Below are positions 22,180-33,991 of a DNA stretch of 64,000 nt, piece after piece. Each line of letters starts with the position of its first letter. Within the stretch, counting starts at the first letter, position 1. Both the position numbers and the translations under genes were made by a program. Origin of the DNA: Hamiltosporidium tvaerminnensis FI-OER-3-3 (lineage: Eukaryota; Fungi; Microsporidia); assembly GCA_022605425.2 (NCBI GenBank), contig JAKIMF020000013.1, positions 682,001-746,000 of the forward strand. Reading direction: 5' to 3'. The notes under the pieces were generated by a model. The model saw only the letters and a list, made by a program, of their open reading frames with translations, was not told the DNA's origin and did not search any database.

Positions 22180-24329
22180 GACTTAAAAACTGAAAATATT
22201 TATATAAAAATTAATATTTCTACTATTGGTTATATTAATCAATATTTGTAATTAAAAAATAATATTGCACTATAAATTAAATTGAATTATAAAAGCTACA
22301 AAATTATAAAATATAGAATATTTCAAATTTTATTCAAATATGAAGAAATTTATTAGCAATTCGGACAAATTAGAGAATAAATATTTATACAGATCAATAA
22401 CAAGAATTAATTAGGAATATATTATATAAAAAATGTTAAATTAAAATTAATTGAATAGATCATTTAAGTTTATTTGTTATTTTTTTGAGTTTATCTGAGA
22501 AAAATTCAAAGTATATTTTAAATATACTCAAAACCATCGTAAATGATTTGTGATAATTAGTTAGAATCGATATGCTGAAATATTATTTTAGGAAAATAAA
22601 TTATAATCTGAATTTTATAATATCTAGTTTTTTAGATAAGTAATACAAGAATAACAATTATTGTTCTCAACATATTACTTTTGAAATAAGCAAATTATTT
22701 TTATCAACAATTAAAACATAAAACTGGTAATCATTACTAATATAAAGCAATATAAATTAAGTTTGGTATTTTACTCATGTAATTGATTTCTTACGAGAAA
22801 GTAAAAAAAACTGATTTATAACATATTTAATATTCTAAAAATTCGATATAAATCAATGCTAAAAAGATATGAAACATCATATAATAAAAAAATACAACAT
22901 GCATATAGCTTATTAGTTGTTTATCTTTTTTTCATTTCGAATTTTAAATTCCTAAGTATAAATTATATACATTTTGCCATATAATTAGATGAGAATATAT
23001 AATTTTCATTTAAATATGGATTTAAATACAAATTTTAATGTTCTAGCTATATTTTCTAACTTCTTGTGTCACGATATAAATTATTTCCCCTTGATTAATT
23101 AATGGCAAATTTTGTTCAAAAACTCAGATATAATATTTCAAAACAATATTAGATATTAAACTTAAAACAAACCGAGAAGATTAACTTCTAAAAAACGAAT
23201 AAGTTATGGTGATCTAAGAATAAAGATTAATTATTATTTTGGTTTTTAAAGGGAAAAATAATCTTTTTTTTCTAAGTTTTTTTAATATACAATAGTAGTG
23301 TTCTAAATAGGCGGATTAGGAATAAAAATATCGTTGTTTAGCTTATTATATTACTTTTACATCACTTGCTAGATTCTATTCTTATAAATCTTATTTTACT
23401 CTAAATATTCTTTATATAATCAGGTGATATCGGGGCAACGACAAAGGCAGTGCACATTTAGATATTTAATTATTCGCAAAATATATAGAAAATAATAGTG
23501 TCTTGATTATGAATATTAATTTTCACAGTTTTTTGAATTTGTTCGAAAACCTTTCACAACTAATAATAATGTGAAGAAAAACAATATGAAATACCTCGAA
23601 ACCTTAAATATGTTATTTCTAATTATCTATCAAGCCTTTTAGTACGGTTTAAAAATTTTAGTAAATCTTAAGAAGAATATTTTTAAATATTTTTTAAACT
23701 CTTTTAGCGTTTCTTTAAAATCCGAAAAAAATGCCGTTTAGATCATCTGGTTTATATGTTTGCTTTAAACCGTTTTACTTATACATAATCAGCATTGAGT
23801 AGAACTAATATGAAACTATTGTCTGTAGAGGTATTTATTTACTCGAAAGTACTCAAAATTTATCAGACTCATTTTCTCTGATCGACTACTAGGCTTGGAA
23901 TAGGGCGAAAATATTGATAAGACCTAAAAAAAGCTGATAATACAAATATTAATAGCTGAATAATATATGCTCGAAAACTATATACTACCAACAAGAAAGA
24001 CTTATGAATTAAGTAGGAATGAAATCAAAGAACTCAAAATATCTAGAATATTATCACAATCCACAACTTTGGTCAAATTAAACTTAAAAAGATAAAATTA
24101 AGAAATTTGTAAGTTAAACAAGAAGAGAACGAATAAAACAAGCAAAAAAACAAACCGGTATTAACTAAGTTTCATTCTAAAGCTTCTACTAGACAATTTA
24201 CTAATGTCACTACTAAAAGTAAATTAGTTTATATTTTTCCCCTTATCATTTATAGGCTGATACATTCAATAAACCTTTTGTTTCGAGTAATATAAAATTA
24301 TGAAGTACTTTGATATGCTTAAAAAAATT

Positions 24330-27300
24330 TAGTTCAAAAAAGAGAACTGTAGTTTTTGTTTTATTTCTTTGGTTTATACACCATGCCATGAAAAAAAAAA
24401 TTCTTAGGAAAAACCGCTGCAGCAGTCTTAATGCTTAGTAAAAAAAAGATTTAAACAGATGAACTAACAGAAAAAATGGTACAAACCAAATATGAAAAAC
24501 GGACAAAGAAACTTAAAACCTTTGGAACAAATTATAAGAATGAAAGAGTATTGGTTTTAGCGAAAACAAGGACTATAAGAGCAATATATCCGGTTAAGAA
24601 ATAGATATTAGGTAGCAAGACTAAAAAATTTTAGGCGAAATAAACTGAGGAAAAGGAACAAGAGAATATAAAGAAAATCAAATATTACAAAAAATTTATA
24701 GAGAGCGGTGATAACTAGAATAACCCGGCTATATCGCGGTAAAAGATAGACAGAATTTCATAAAAAACAAATTATAAAACATTATCTTCCCAATCAAAAA
24801 TATACCTGTCTAAGATGTTAAGAATATTGTTTTACAGCGAAAAACCGCCACCTAAACTATCTAATATTGATGTAGTAAAGGAAAAATAAAATTACGAGAT
24901 TAGAAATTAGAGGTGACGTTTTAAAATTTTATGATGTAGAAGATGCAAAATTCAATAAATTCTCATGAGTTATAAGATCATAAAAGTATCATTTGCTTGG
25001 ATTTCGATTGTGCAATGTTAAAACGTTCTCGGGGTTTTTATTTTTTTGCTGTATTCGTTGACCATTCACCATCTTTGGATTACTAAAATACGTTGAGGAA
25101 CTAAGCCAACAATTAATCAACTATAAATTTTTGATGATGAAGCAGCTAACAATGAAAGAATAAACGAACAGCAAAAAAGACATATTGCGTACTTATAATT
25201 GAAAAATTATTCGATGCTATGAAGACAAATCATTTCGCAGGTGCTTTAAAATGATCCATGAGGTTCAAAAGACGATAAATAATAAAGATAAAAGTCAGAG
25301 ACGGAATTATTATAGTAATAGGGCAAAACAAAAATACTGATTCGAGAGGATATAATGTTCACCGTGATGATGAAGTGGCTATTGATTTCGTGGGCGGTGA
25401 CGGCGAACTCCTATTGTTAGAAGCTAATTTCTGCATCTTAGATAGGAAGATATATTCATTCCAAAAACACGCAGTGTAGACTAGTGGCATAAAAACCTGT
25501 GTGTTTAAATTTACTTAATTTTGTTTCTATATATAGAACAAACCCAAGGGCCTAAAATTGCACTATATAATACAAAAAGAACAAGCGATGAACACCCAAA
25601 AATGTTACATTAAAACACATTTTTTTTTTACTTGCAATCGAGAACAAAACTCAACCAAATTCTAAGAGCAAGGAGATTGACTCATTATGTAGTATCTACA
25701 TATAGCGAAACCAAACAAAGAATTTAAATCACTCTAAAATTCAACATAAAGAGCTTCAAGCAGAAAGTAAAATATTATATTCGACATCTCTCAAAAGAGA
25801 TATTACAGGTAAAATTTCTTCGAGAAACCGAACAATTTGGCCTTCGACATTTTCAGAAAGCCCTCGAAATATGCAGCAAAAGTTTAAAAATTCTATAATG
25901 ATAGTTATAAAGCATGAAAAGCCAGAGTTTTTTTATTATGATGACCTGCAATCCAAAATATGCTGAAATTTGTGAAAATCTCGATAAAACTGAAAAACGC
26001 AAGAACCGGCCTGATTAGGTACATAGAATTTTTAGGCAAACACAGATATTTACAAATAGAATATAGCAAAAAATGAAATTTCTGGTAAGTAAAAGCATAT
26101 TGCTATGCCATAGAATCTGAAAAAAAAGGGTACCCCAAGCTTAAATTTTAATTACATAAGAAGAAAATATTAACAAAGCGATACTAAAACAACAGATCTG
26201 ATCGTATCTGCGGAACTTCCTGATAAATAAATCAATCCTGAAATATTTGGTATAATAACAAAAAATAGGATTCATAGTCTATCTGGGACTTCTTCATATT
26301 CATCTGAATGGTTAATTTTTTTTTTCAAGAATCTAGTGTTTTAAATATAAACGAATACCCTTTTTATCGTATGAAAAATACCGATCGAGTTAAATTTAGA
26401 TAAAATATATCGATAATAACAGAATGGTTCTTTATAACCTATATTTAGTCAAAATATGGTTGTAATATAAATATTGACGAATATGTTTCATTTAAAAATG
26501 AAAATATAAATCTATACTTAAGAGGAATTTGATCGTGCGAATATAAATTTTATACTCAATGAAATCAAAATACACAAATATTCAGGTATCTAAGCTTTCA
26601 CGAAGCAGTCTGAAGAATATTTAAATTTTCTAAGTAAGAAAAAACCCAAATCATTAAAAATAGTTGTTCCTCATGAAGGAGAAGAAAATCTATCATTTGA
26701 AATGACGAATACAAAAATAAAAGAAGCCATTTATGCAAATAGACCCAGCAGGTTTAAAGCTTGGTTTAAACTTAATATAAACCAATCTGTACTAATATTA
26801 ACAATATTACGAAATACTCGAAATTTTTTTCAGGGAAGATTATGCGAGGATACTTTGAATTAGAAACTTTTAAGATGTATTGAAAGAATTATACTTAAAG
26901 CATATTAAATTCCAAAATTTATTACTTAAGATTTTTTTTAAATCTGGTGCTGATGATTCGAACATTTGAGGATCGTTTGAAGAAACCCCATATAAATTAT
27001 TTTTAGACAGCGAGCACAAAAATATTGATGATGAATAAAAAGCTTGGAACAAAACTTTGAACGATACCGGAACATGAAAATATTAAAATCAGAGATTTAT
27101 TCACTACTTCTTCCCTTTGGTGATTTTAAAATATTTCAAACTATTATAGGATAGAAAAGATACTCTTTTCGAAAACTACTGTCTCTTTTGCCTGCATATC
27201 TTTGAATATTTACGTAAATTATGCATTTCGTAATATAAATAAAGTTTGCATTCAAAAAGAAAACGCTGAGCGAATTTGGATCACAGAACCTACACGTAAT

Positions 27301-28703
27301 ATTTCTACACAATATATTTTACTTAAGAGAGAGGATGATTTTAAGTCAAAGAACCTTTAAATGAAGTGCAAAAATTGCATTCGATAAAATTATGAACACA
27401 GTAAAATCACAGCTCTGAAGAAAAAAGACTTTTTTTAGACGACCCTGAGGCAGTGGAAAAACTTATCTTTCTCAAATGTTGTATTATGTGATAAAATGAG
27501 GTGCCAAAACTGTTATTTCGGTTGTTTAAATAGGAATAGCACAAAATTGTTACACAAAGGAAGAAAATTTCATTTATGACTTTAAGTTTAGCGGATTCTT
27601 TATGAAACATTCATGTGTGAAATTAAACTAAATTCAAGCGAAAGGCGAGAAATAATGAATCCTCTTTACTTATATTAGATTAATCCAGGTGACCTGGATT
27701 TCTCCTTATAAAGTATTGAGAGATATTGAATGTAAATCCCGATTGTAGTTTGGCGGAATTATAAAACCTTTAGAGAGAGACAATAGAGAATATTTCCGTG
27801 TGATATCTGGAGCTCAGGTATCATATGTTGTTAAATACAGCTTAAAATTATGTTCATTATGGAAAAATCTTAAAATATTGATACTTTGTAACAATATACG
27901 AGCGAAATACGAATATATAGTGTTTCGCTTATTAAGCTTGGCAATGATTATCTCATGAATAATGATGGTCTAGACAAAAATTCTAAAAAAATCTCATTTT
28001 ATATTATTCTTTTGATAATATCAAATATCATTTGGCAAAGCTTTTAGAAAAAGACGTTTATAACTTTTCTGAAAAATTGATTCTTATTCATACAATGAAG
28101 GAGGTAATAAAATTAGACGATAGTACTTAATTTTTTTAAGGCGGGGAAAAAACTTTTCTGAATACAGATTATTTTTCGGTGATACAAAGATGTGATGGGG
28201 ATTATCCTTGGATTTTTAAACAGCCTCACGCCCTCGAAACTCTTATCGTGCTCTAAATCTTAAGTAAGGCACTATTGTTATGCTTAATGGATATTTTAAC
28301 CAAGAAAAGAGGCTTTTTAAGCATACTAGGCCAATCGTATGGGAAATTAAGCCGAATCAAACATAGCCGAATTATGGACTGATCTGGCCAAAGAAGATGC
28401 AATATTTAATCGGAGAAATGATTTTACATTAGTTCAGGGTTTTCAAGGCAACTTAAACGAAGATAATTTTCAGTATATTTAGATTTGCCATGGCGATTAA
28501 CAAACCCCAGGATCAACTTTAGAAATATTGGTATTTTTCTACTAATCTTAGTTTATAGCCACATGAAACGTTATGTTGCCTTTTCCAGAGTGAGAAGCTC
28601 AATTGATGTAAAAGTTTTTGATACAGATACCACTGAGCAAGGCTGAATTTTACCAGGAATAGACAAAATATTTACCGAAAAATTGTGTATAAAGCGGTTT
28701 TAG
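24330..28703 (+). mobile_element. Decayed Helitron Rep/PIF1-helicase gene
   Basis: Collinear degenerate motifs: PRNMQQ (~25862), FIMMTCNPK (~25933), IESEKKGYP (~26110, cf. IEFQKRGLPH), IVSAELPD (26201), GSGKTYL Walker A (27449), FLNSLTPS (~28213), FAMAINKPQ (28484), YVAFSRVRS (28572), IVYKAVL end (~28700); many stops and frameshifts; 5' limit approximate. Confidence 0.85.
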
Positions 28704-29369
28704 ACTCCAAAACATGCATGTGATTAAAGTCTTATAGTATTTTTTAAATAAAATAATTTTACGAATTCTAAAAGTTTTATTTTTTAAAATACAAAACATT
28801 AAAATTCATTCATCTCAACTCATTAAAATATAATTTGTGTAAATTTAATACAGAGATAAAATAAATGATTACATTCCTTTTTTTGTGCTTTATATTCTTA
28901 GCCCGAATAATATATTGAAATTTCGTAATGATTCATAAATTACATATTCTCTATAATTCTATTTCTAATATTCAAAATACTTCGTTTAGGATTTAAAACC
29001 TCTTTATATTTTGAAAGTATTGTTGATAAGTAGGCATCTTAACAACATATAACAAAATAAATGTAAATTTTGTATCATGTTTGTATTCTTAATTCAAATT
29101 TAGATTTTTTTGATATTCGATGGAGACAGTTTACTGGCTGTATGGCGCGTAATCAAAAAAATTTAAAGTGTAAATTAAATGATTGAAAAACAAAGTATTG
29201 ACCCATAATTGAAAAAAAATAAAACAAATATAAAGCTATGATCAAGTAAAGTAAGTAAAACTGGATTGCACTAAAAAAGCCTTATTGCAATTATTTACTT
29301 AAAAAGGATGAATATAATCACAGCAAATACATTTTTTTAAATTTTCTAAATATTTCTTACATTACTTAT

Positions 29370-29578
29370 TCCGTTCCTCTTTTACCTCTCAGTGTCGAGA
29401 ATGAACAATTGGAAATTTTCCAATTGCTTCTTTTAATCTGTTGTAACCCAGAATTATAGGGGTTGGTCGCTAGATCCAATGTGGTTTACATCTCACTAAA
29501 ATGTCAACAATGATTTTCGCATCAATTTACCACATCTATTGACAACTAGATGGTTTTTAATGTGGTTATCCTCTCTCC
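29370..29578 (-). mobile_element. Diverged short relative of the SINE-like element (5' ~110 nt homologous)
   Basis: GGAGAGAGGATAACCACATTAAAAAC...TCATTGTT...AAACCACA aligns with the element's 5' end; several hairpins follow. Confidence 0.6.
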
Positions 29579-30424
29579 ATATGAAATAAAGCTCTACATA
29601 CTTTAATTAAAACAAATAATCAATTCTTGATCTTTTACAATATCTAGTTAAATTATAAAATATTTGCTTCTACAGAAAGGAAAATACTAAACAATAAATC
29701 ATAAAAACACTGTAAATTATGAGAAATATAATAATCAAATAATTATGTAATTAAGAACTACAGAAGTCCAACAATGAGTCACAAATTAATACATTGTTAC
29801 ATCCAGATTTGATAATTCTTAAGCTAACATAGTCTTTCTACAAACTATATCTTTATTTTTTTAAATTTGTTTATCTATTAAAGATAAATTTTATTTAAAA
29901 ACCAAACTTTAAAGACAAATGAATTTGTAGTTTGTTTAGTATTTCGCGGATTAGCGTATTTAGGATATCAATTTACTTCCCAATCTGGAATAAATTACTT
30001 TTAATCTTTCTATTTTCGTAAAGAGTAAGATAAATAAGATATTAATAAAATCCAAGTATAAAGAGAAATGCATATTTTTCTTAGATTAAATCTTAGCTAG
30101 ACTATCTTTAATTATATTAGCATTTTCTAATTTCGTTGGAGTAATTAAATTCTCTCTCGAATGAAGAAAAAAAAGCTAAAGCACTATTGTTTGATGTATA
30201 AACATTCAAATAAATTCAATATTCAAACTATAGAATTATTTAAAAGAAATATTAAAAAGATAAAGTATTTTAAGGAAATTTAAAACTATGTCTTTCATAT
30301 TTTCAGAAGAGATCTGATTTCCGAACAATTTTAATTAAAATACAGAAATCTTTTTGTGTTACCAAATATTTTTTTTGATATAAGATTTTGTTTTTTTTAG
30401 AAATATGAATATTCAATGTCTATA

Positions 30425-31156
30425 GGGTGGAGGGAGGATAACCACATAAAAAACTTTCTGCTTGGCAATGAGTGTGTGAAACTGGTGTGAGGTCATTGTT
30501 TGGATTTTTGGTGGGAATAAAACCACACTACATCTTCGGTTGTTCCATGGGAGTTGTTATGAGGAGGAGAGGTCTAAGAAATGGAGAAACTTTTTCTACA
30601 AATTTATTTGTAGTTTTTTATGTAACCAGATTGCAGACCGCAGCTGAACATGTAGGTAATTGCCATGTAAAAGCATGGAAACCTAGCCTTGCTCACTCGG
30701 GTTAGAAGACTTAGCACCTGGGAGATATAAAACAAAAAACCATTAAAAGCCTGGAGAGCTAAGTAGCAGGTTATACCTGTTGGTATGACATTGCACTGTC
30801 TAGGTGGACCCCATGTAAATCTCTGAAATATATCTTAGCTAGAAGTTTATTGGGTTCAGAAAGTGTAGAGTAAGTGGGAATGCTGCATAGTCTTGGGGGA
30901 GCCCAGGGGGGGCTTCGGCCTTCGATCACACTCCATGCAACGGACATTAACGAACTCCGGGCAACTGCCTCGCCTATTAATTAGGTTCTACACACCTGAT
31001 AGATGAAAGGCTTTGGGACGTAGGTATCGCAGGGGTTACCGATGGAGTGTTGGGGTAGCAGCATTTATGTTAAACCTAGAACTGCGTTAATGTCATAAAA
31101 ACAAATATAACACTTGCCACTATTTTAAAAAGATGTGATACTTTTAAATAAAGGTC
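30425..31156 (+). mobile_element. SINE-like element, copy 2 (subtype A) with 13-bp target-site duplication
   Basis: TTCAATGTCTATA at 30412-30424 and 31157-31169; no TIRs or LTRs; 3' hairpin followed by TAAA. Confidence 0.9.
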
Positions 31157-31828
31157 TTCAATGTCTATATATTAGATATAATTAGTAAAAAATTCCTTTG
31201 TTTTGAATCTTAAATTTTTAAAATTTAGATAATCATTTACATGATATATTAGTAAGATGGTATAAGAATTAGAAGAACACATTCTTGTTCCAAATACTAT
31301 CTTATTTAAGATCTAAACTCAAAATTAACCTGATATGCATTATTATGAAATATTCAACCACATGCTTACAATAATACTTCAATAAAGAGTAATATGAGCA
31401 ACCTTATATATACTTGTAATCGTGTTCTACTTATAATATTTTATTATCTTAAATTAAAAGAGATATGTTGCAAATGATGATATAGCAAATCTTAATAATT
31501 TGAATGAGATAATCAATTTATACACAAGATCATACAACTGAATTATTTTTATTTATTATAATTAGTATTTTATTAGTATTCGAACAATGAATTGAAAATT
31601 GACTTTTCTTAACAAAATATATGTCCAATAATTATAAATCGTAACTGCTTTGAAAGTATAATGAATCATAAGTGAAATTTTCTTGGTTTTTGGTGGAGAG
31701 ATCAGACACTTTAATAAATTTTCTTTATCAAATGCTTTTCTCAGAAGAAAATACAAATCTATTTGATTAAATAGAATCATTACATTTTTAAAGAAAAGAT
31801 ATCTTAATATGATAAGGAAAAAGTGTTT

Positions 31829-32021
31829 AAGATGCATTCTGGAACTGATGGCTCTTTCCTCACGTATGGAACACAGTCCACTGGCGAATAAAAGCTTAGT
31901 TAATTATAGGCGTTCCAGAGATATTTTCCTTTTGACTGGTTGGTTGTCAGGCTAGCGCAAACTCTCTTCTTCGAAAGATAAAGAGTGCACTGACCGGGGA
32001 ACAGACCTTAACATGCATCTT
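31829..32021. ncRNA. Candidate structured ncRNA (~190 nt), family and strand unknown
   Basis: GC-richer island; nested complementary segments AAGATGCAT/ATGCATCTT, TCTGGAAC/GTTCCAGA, GTCAG/CTGAC, ACTCT/AGAGT. Confidence 0.45.
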
Positions 32022-32667
32022 CAACCACTGAAAAATATTGGAATCTACAGAACATTGACTTGATTCAAAACACAGTGCAAATATGTGTGTTCGCACTAAT
32101 TAGAGGCAATAATTGTATACATATTGAAATATAAAGCATTCATAATAAATAAGAAATTTTAAGCGAATTGAGTAAATTTAAATTATAATATAAAAAATAT
32201 AGGATATTGGAACAAATGATAAGGAATTATTCAAAAGAATTAAATCAATAAATCATTTGCTTATTTATATTTTATTTAAAATGTTAAATATCAGATATTT
32301 TATACTCATCTTAAATAATAACATTAAAGATAATTACAATGTTAATTTGTGTGTTATTTTTTTTTCTTTGATTTTCTAGTTTATTGATGAATCAAAAAAA
32401 CTTTGATTTAATATTTCCTAATATAGAAAACAGGCTTGTTCTAGAATCAAACCATAGAAGTGGATTCAAATTCTAGAAAAATTAAAATAATCGGAAAATA
32501 ATAAGAATTATGATCGGCGAGTTTCAAATATAAATCAATTTATCTTTAATTTGTATATTTTTAGATAAATTAGGATAAAATTTGATTTTAAAGTATAGAT
32601 TATTGATGTTTATTACAAAAAAGGAAATTATTTTGTAGAAAGAAGATTCTTTAGAATTTTATAAAAC

Positions 32668-32675
32668 TATATAAA
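32668..32675 (+). promoter_or_regulatory. TATA-like box upstream of EnP1
   Basis: TATATAAA starting 28 nt before the ATG; weak evidence in AT-rich DNA. Confidence 0.35.
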
Positions 32676-32695
32676 GGCGGAAAAATTGAGGTTTT

Positions 32696-33991
32696 ATGAT
32701 TTTTTCAAGTTGGAAAGTGATTATACTATTTTGTATTGCGATTGCAGCAGCTCAAAATGTTGTGATTATAAAAGGAAAATGTGGTGTTAACCCAGCAGAT
32801 ATCTGTAAAGCAAATGGATATGAAGGTGTAGTTGCGAACGGTCAAAATATTCCATATTTAATGGAAATGCTCAATAATAATAAATTTGCCTCAGCCGGTG
32901 TGTCCGGATGGAATGATCATTTAGGAAATTTTGTATTGAGAAATAATGGAAGTTTAGCACCATTCGAACCATTAACCAATAATTCAGAATATGCATTTTG
33001 TGTTGGCCCATGTCCTTGCCCAGAAAGACCCTTTCCGATTGGTTATAGACCATCTCCGCCTAATCAACCAATGCCGTGCCCGCCAATGCCAGTTCCACCC
33101 ATGCCATGCCCGCCAATGCCATGCCCGCCAATGCCATGTCCACCAATGCCATGTCCACCAATGCCATGCCCGCCAATGCCATGTCCACCAATGCCATGTC
33201 CACCAATGCCATGTCCACCAAGACCTTTTCCGCCTATGCCTTTTCCGCCTATGCCTTGCCCGCCTATGCCTTGCCCGCCTATGCCTTGCCCACCAAGACC
33301 TATTCCCTGCCCGCCTAATCCTTGTTATCCGAACCGACATAAGAGACATCATAAAAAACATCACAGAAAACATGATTCGTGTAGTTCATCAAGCAGCAGT
33401 AGCTCTTCTGATTCAGATTGTAAACCATGTCACCCAAAGAAGTCACATTGTCCATCATTATCAAAAAAACATTGCAAAGTAAAGAAAGGTCCGTTTAAAT
33501 GTAAAGGAAAAGGTGATGTTACCCGTTTAGAAGTTGATAAAATGTTTTGTTCTAAGACATTCATCTACAATCCAAGAGAACTTTTCTGTGGAGATAAAAT
33601 AAAGGTCAGAGAAATTGTAAGCAAAAATACTAATGTTTGTAAAGATATTCTCTTGCAACCACTTTTGTTTGGTAAACATCGTGAAGGAAAATTGTCATAT
33701 CCAGCTCTTCTAAGATTCCCCTGTTTCTTGATCGAACTTATTAAGGCTTTATGTGAAAGATGCAAGATATATAGGCCATGTCTTTATATTGATAAGTGTA
33801 ATAGGCTATATGTATTGATACATAAGAAATTATATTGTATTAAATTCATGAAAAACGTCCAATACTTCAGACCAGAAACCGCTAAATGCTTTAAACTTGT
33901 TCCGATTAGCAGAAGAAAAACATGTAAGCTCATACAATCTGGATTATATGGGATAGTCTTTGATCCTAATGCCCCGCAGTGTTGTGCATAA
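32696..33991 (+). CDS. EnP1: Microsporidian endospore/spore-wall protein EnP1 homologue with (MPCPP)n insertion
   Basis: Signal peptide; NG.NI...WNDH...VL..NG.LAPF.P.TN...Y..CV..CPCP and C-terminal LI..GL.G..F match my recollection of Encephalitozoon EnP1; His/basic tract and poly-Ser; Cys-rich. Confidence 0.85.
   Translation: MIFSSWKVIILFCIAIAAAQNVVIIKGKCGVNPADICKANGYEGVVANGQNIPYLMEMLNNNKFASAGVSGWNDHLGNFVLRNNGSLAPFEPLTNNSEYAFCVGPCPCPERPFPIGYRPSPPNQPMPCPPMPVPPMPCPPMPCPPMPCPPMPCPPMPCPPMPCPPMPCPPMPCPPRPFPPMPFPPMPCPPMPCPPMPCPPRPIPCPPNPCYPNRHKRHHKKHHRKHDSCSSSSSSSSSDSDCKPCHPKKSHCPSLSKKHCKVKKGPFKCKGKGDVTRLEVDKMFCSKTFIYNPRELFCGDKIKVREIVSKNTNVCKDILLQPLLFGKHREGKLSYPALLRFPCFLIELIKALCERCKIYRPCLYIDKCNRLYVLIHKKLYCIKFMKNVQYFRPETAKCFKLVPISRRKTCKLIQSGLYGIVFDPNAPQCCA
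33071..33312 (+). repeat. 15-bp coding tandem repeat (ATGCCATGYCCRCCA; MPCPP x ~16)
   Basis: Directly visible in DNA and protein. Confidence 0.95.

Noticed and set aside
30472-30705. 77-aa ORF MCETG...AHSG present in element copies 1 and 2
   Set aside because: GTG start, disrupted in copies 3 and 4, and no recognisable domain; conservation is explained by the repeat itself
30995-31012. CTGATAGATGAAA resembling a hammerhead core
   Set aside because: Does not fit CUGANGA, the other copies lack CTGA here (CTGGTAGA or CTGTTAGA), and there is no helix II
32984-33482. Alternative-frame repeat ORFs over EnP1 (HVHQC, NAMST, WHWWT)
   Set aside because: By-products of the 15-bp repeat lacking stops in other frames
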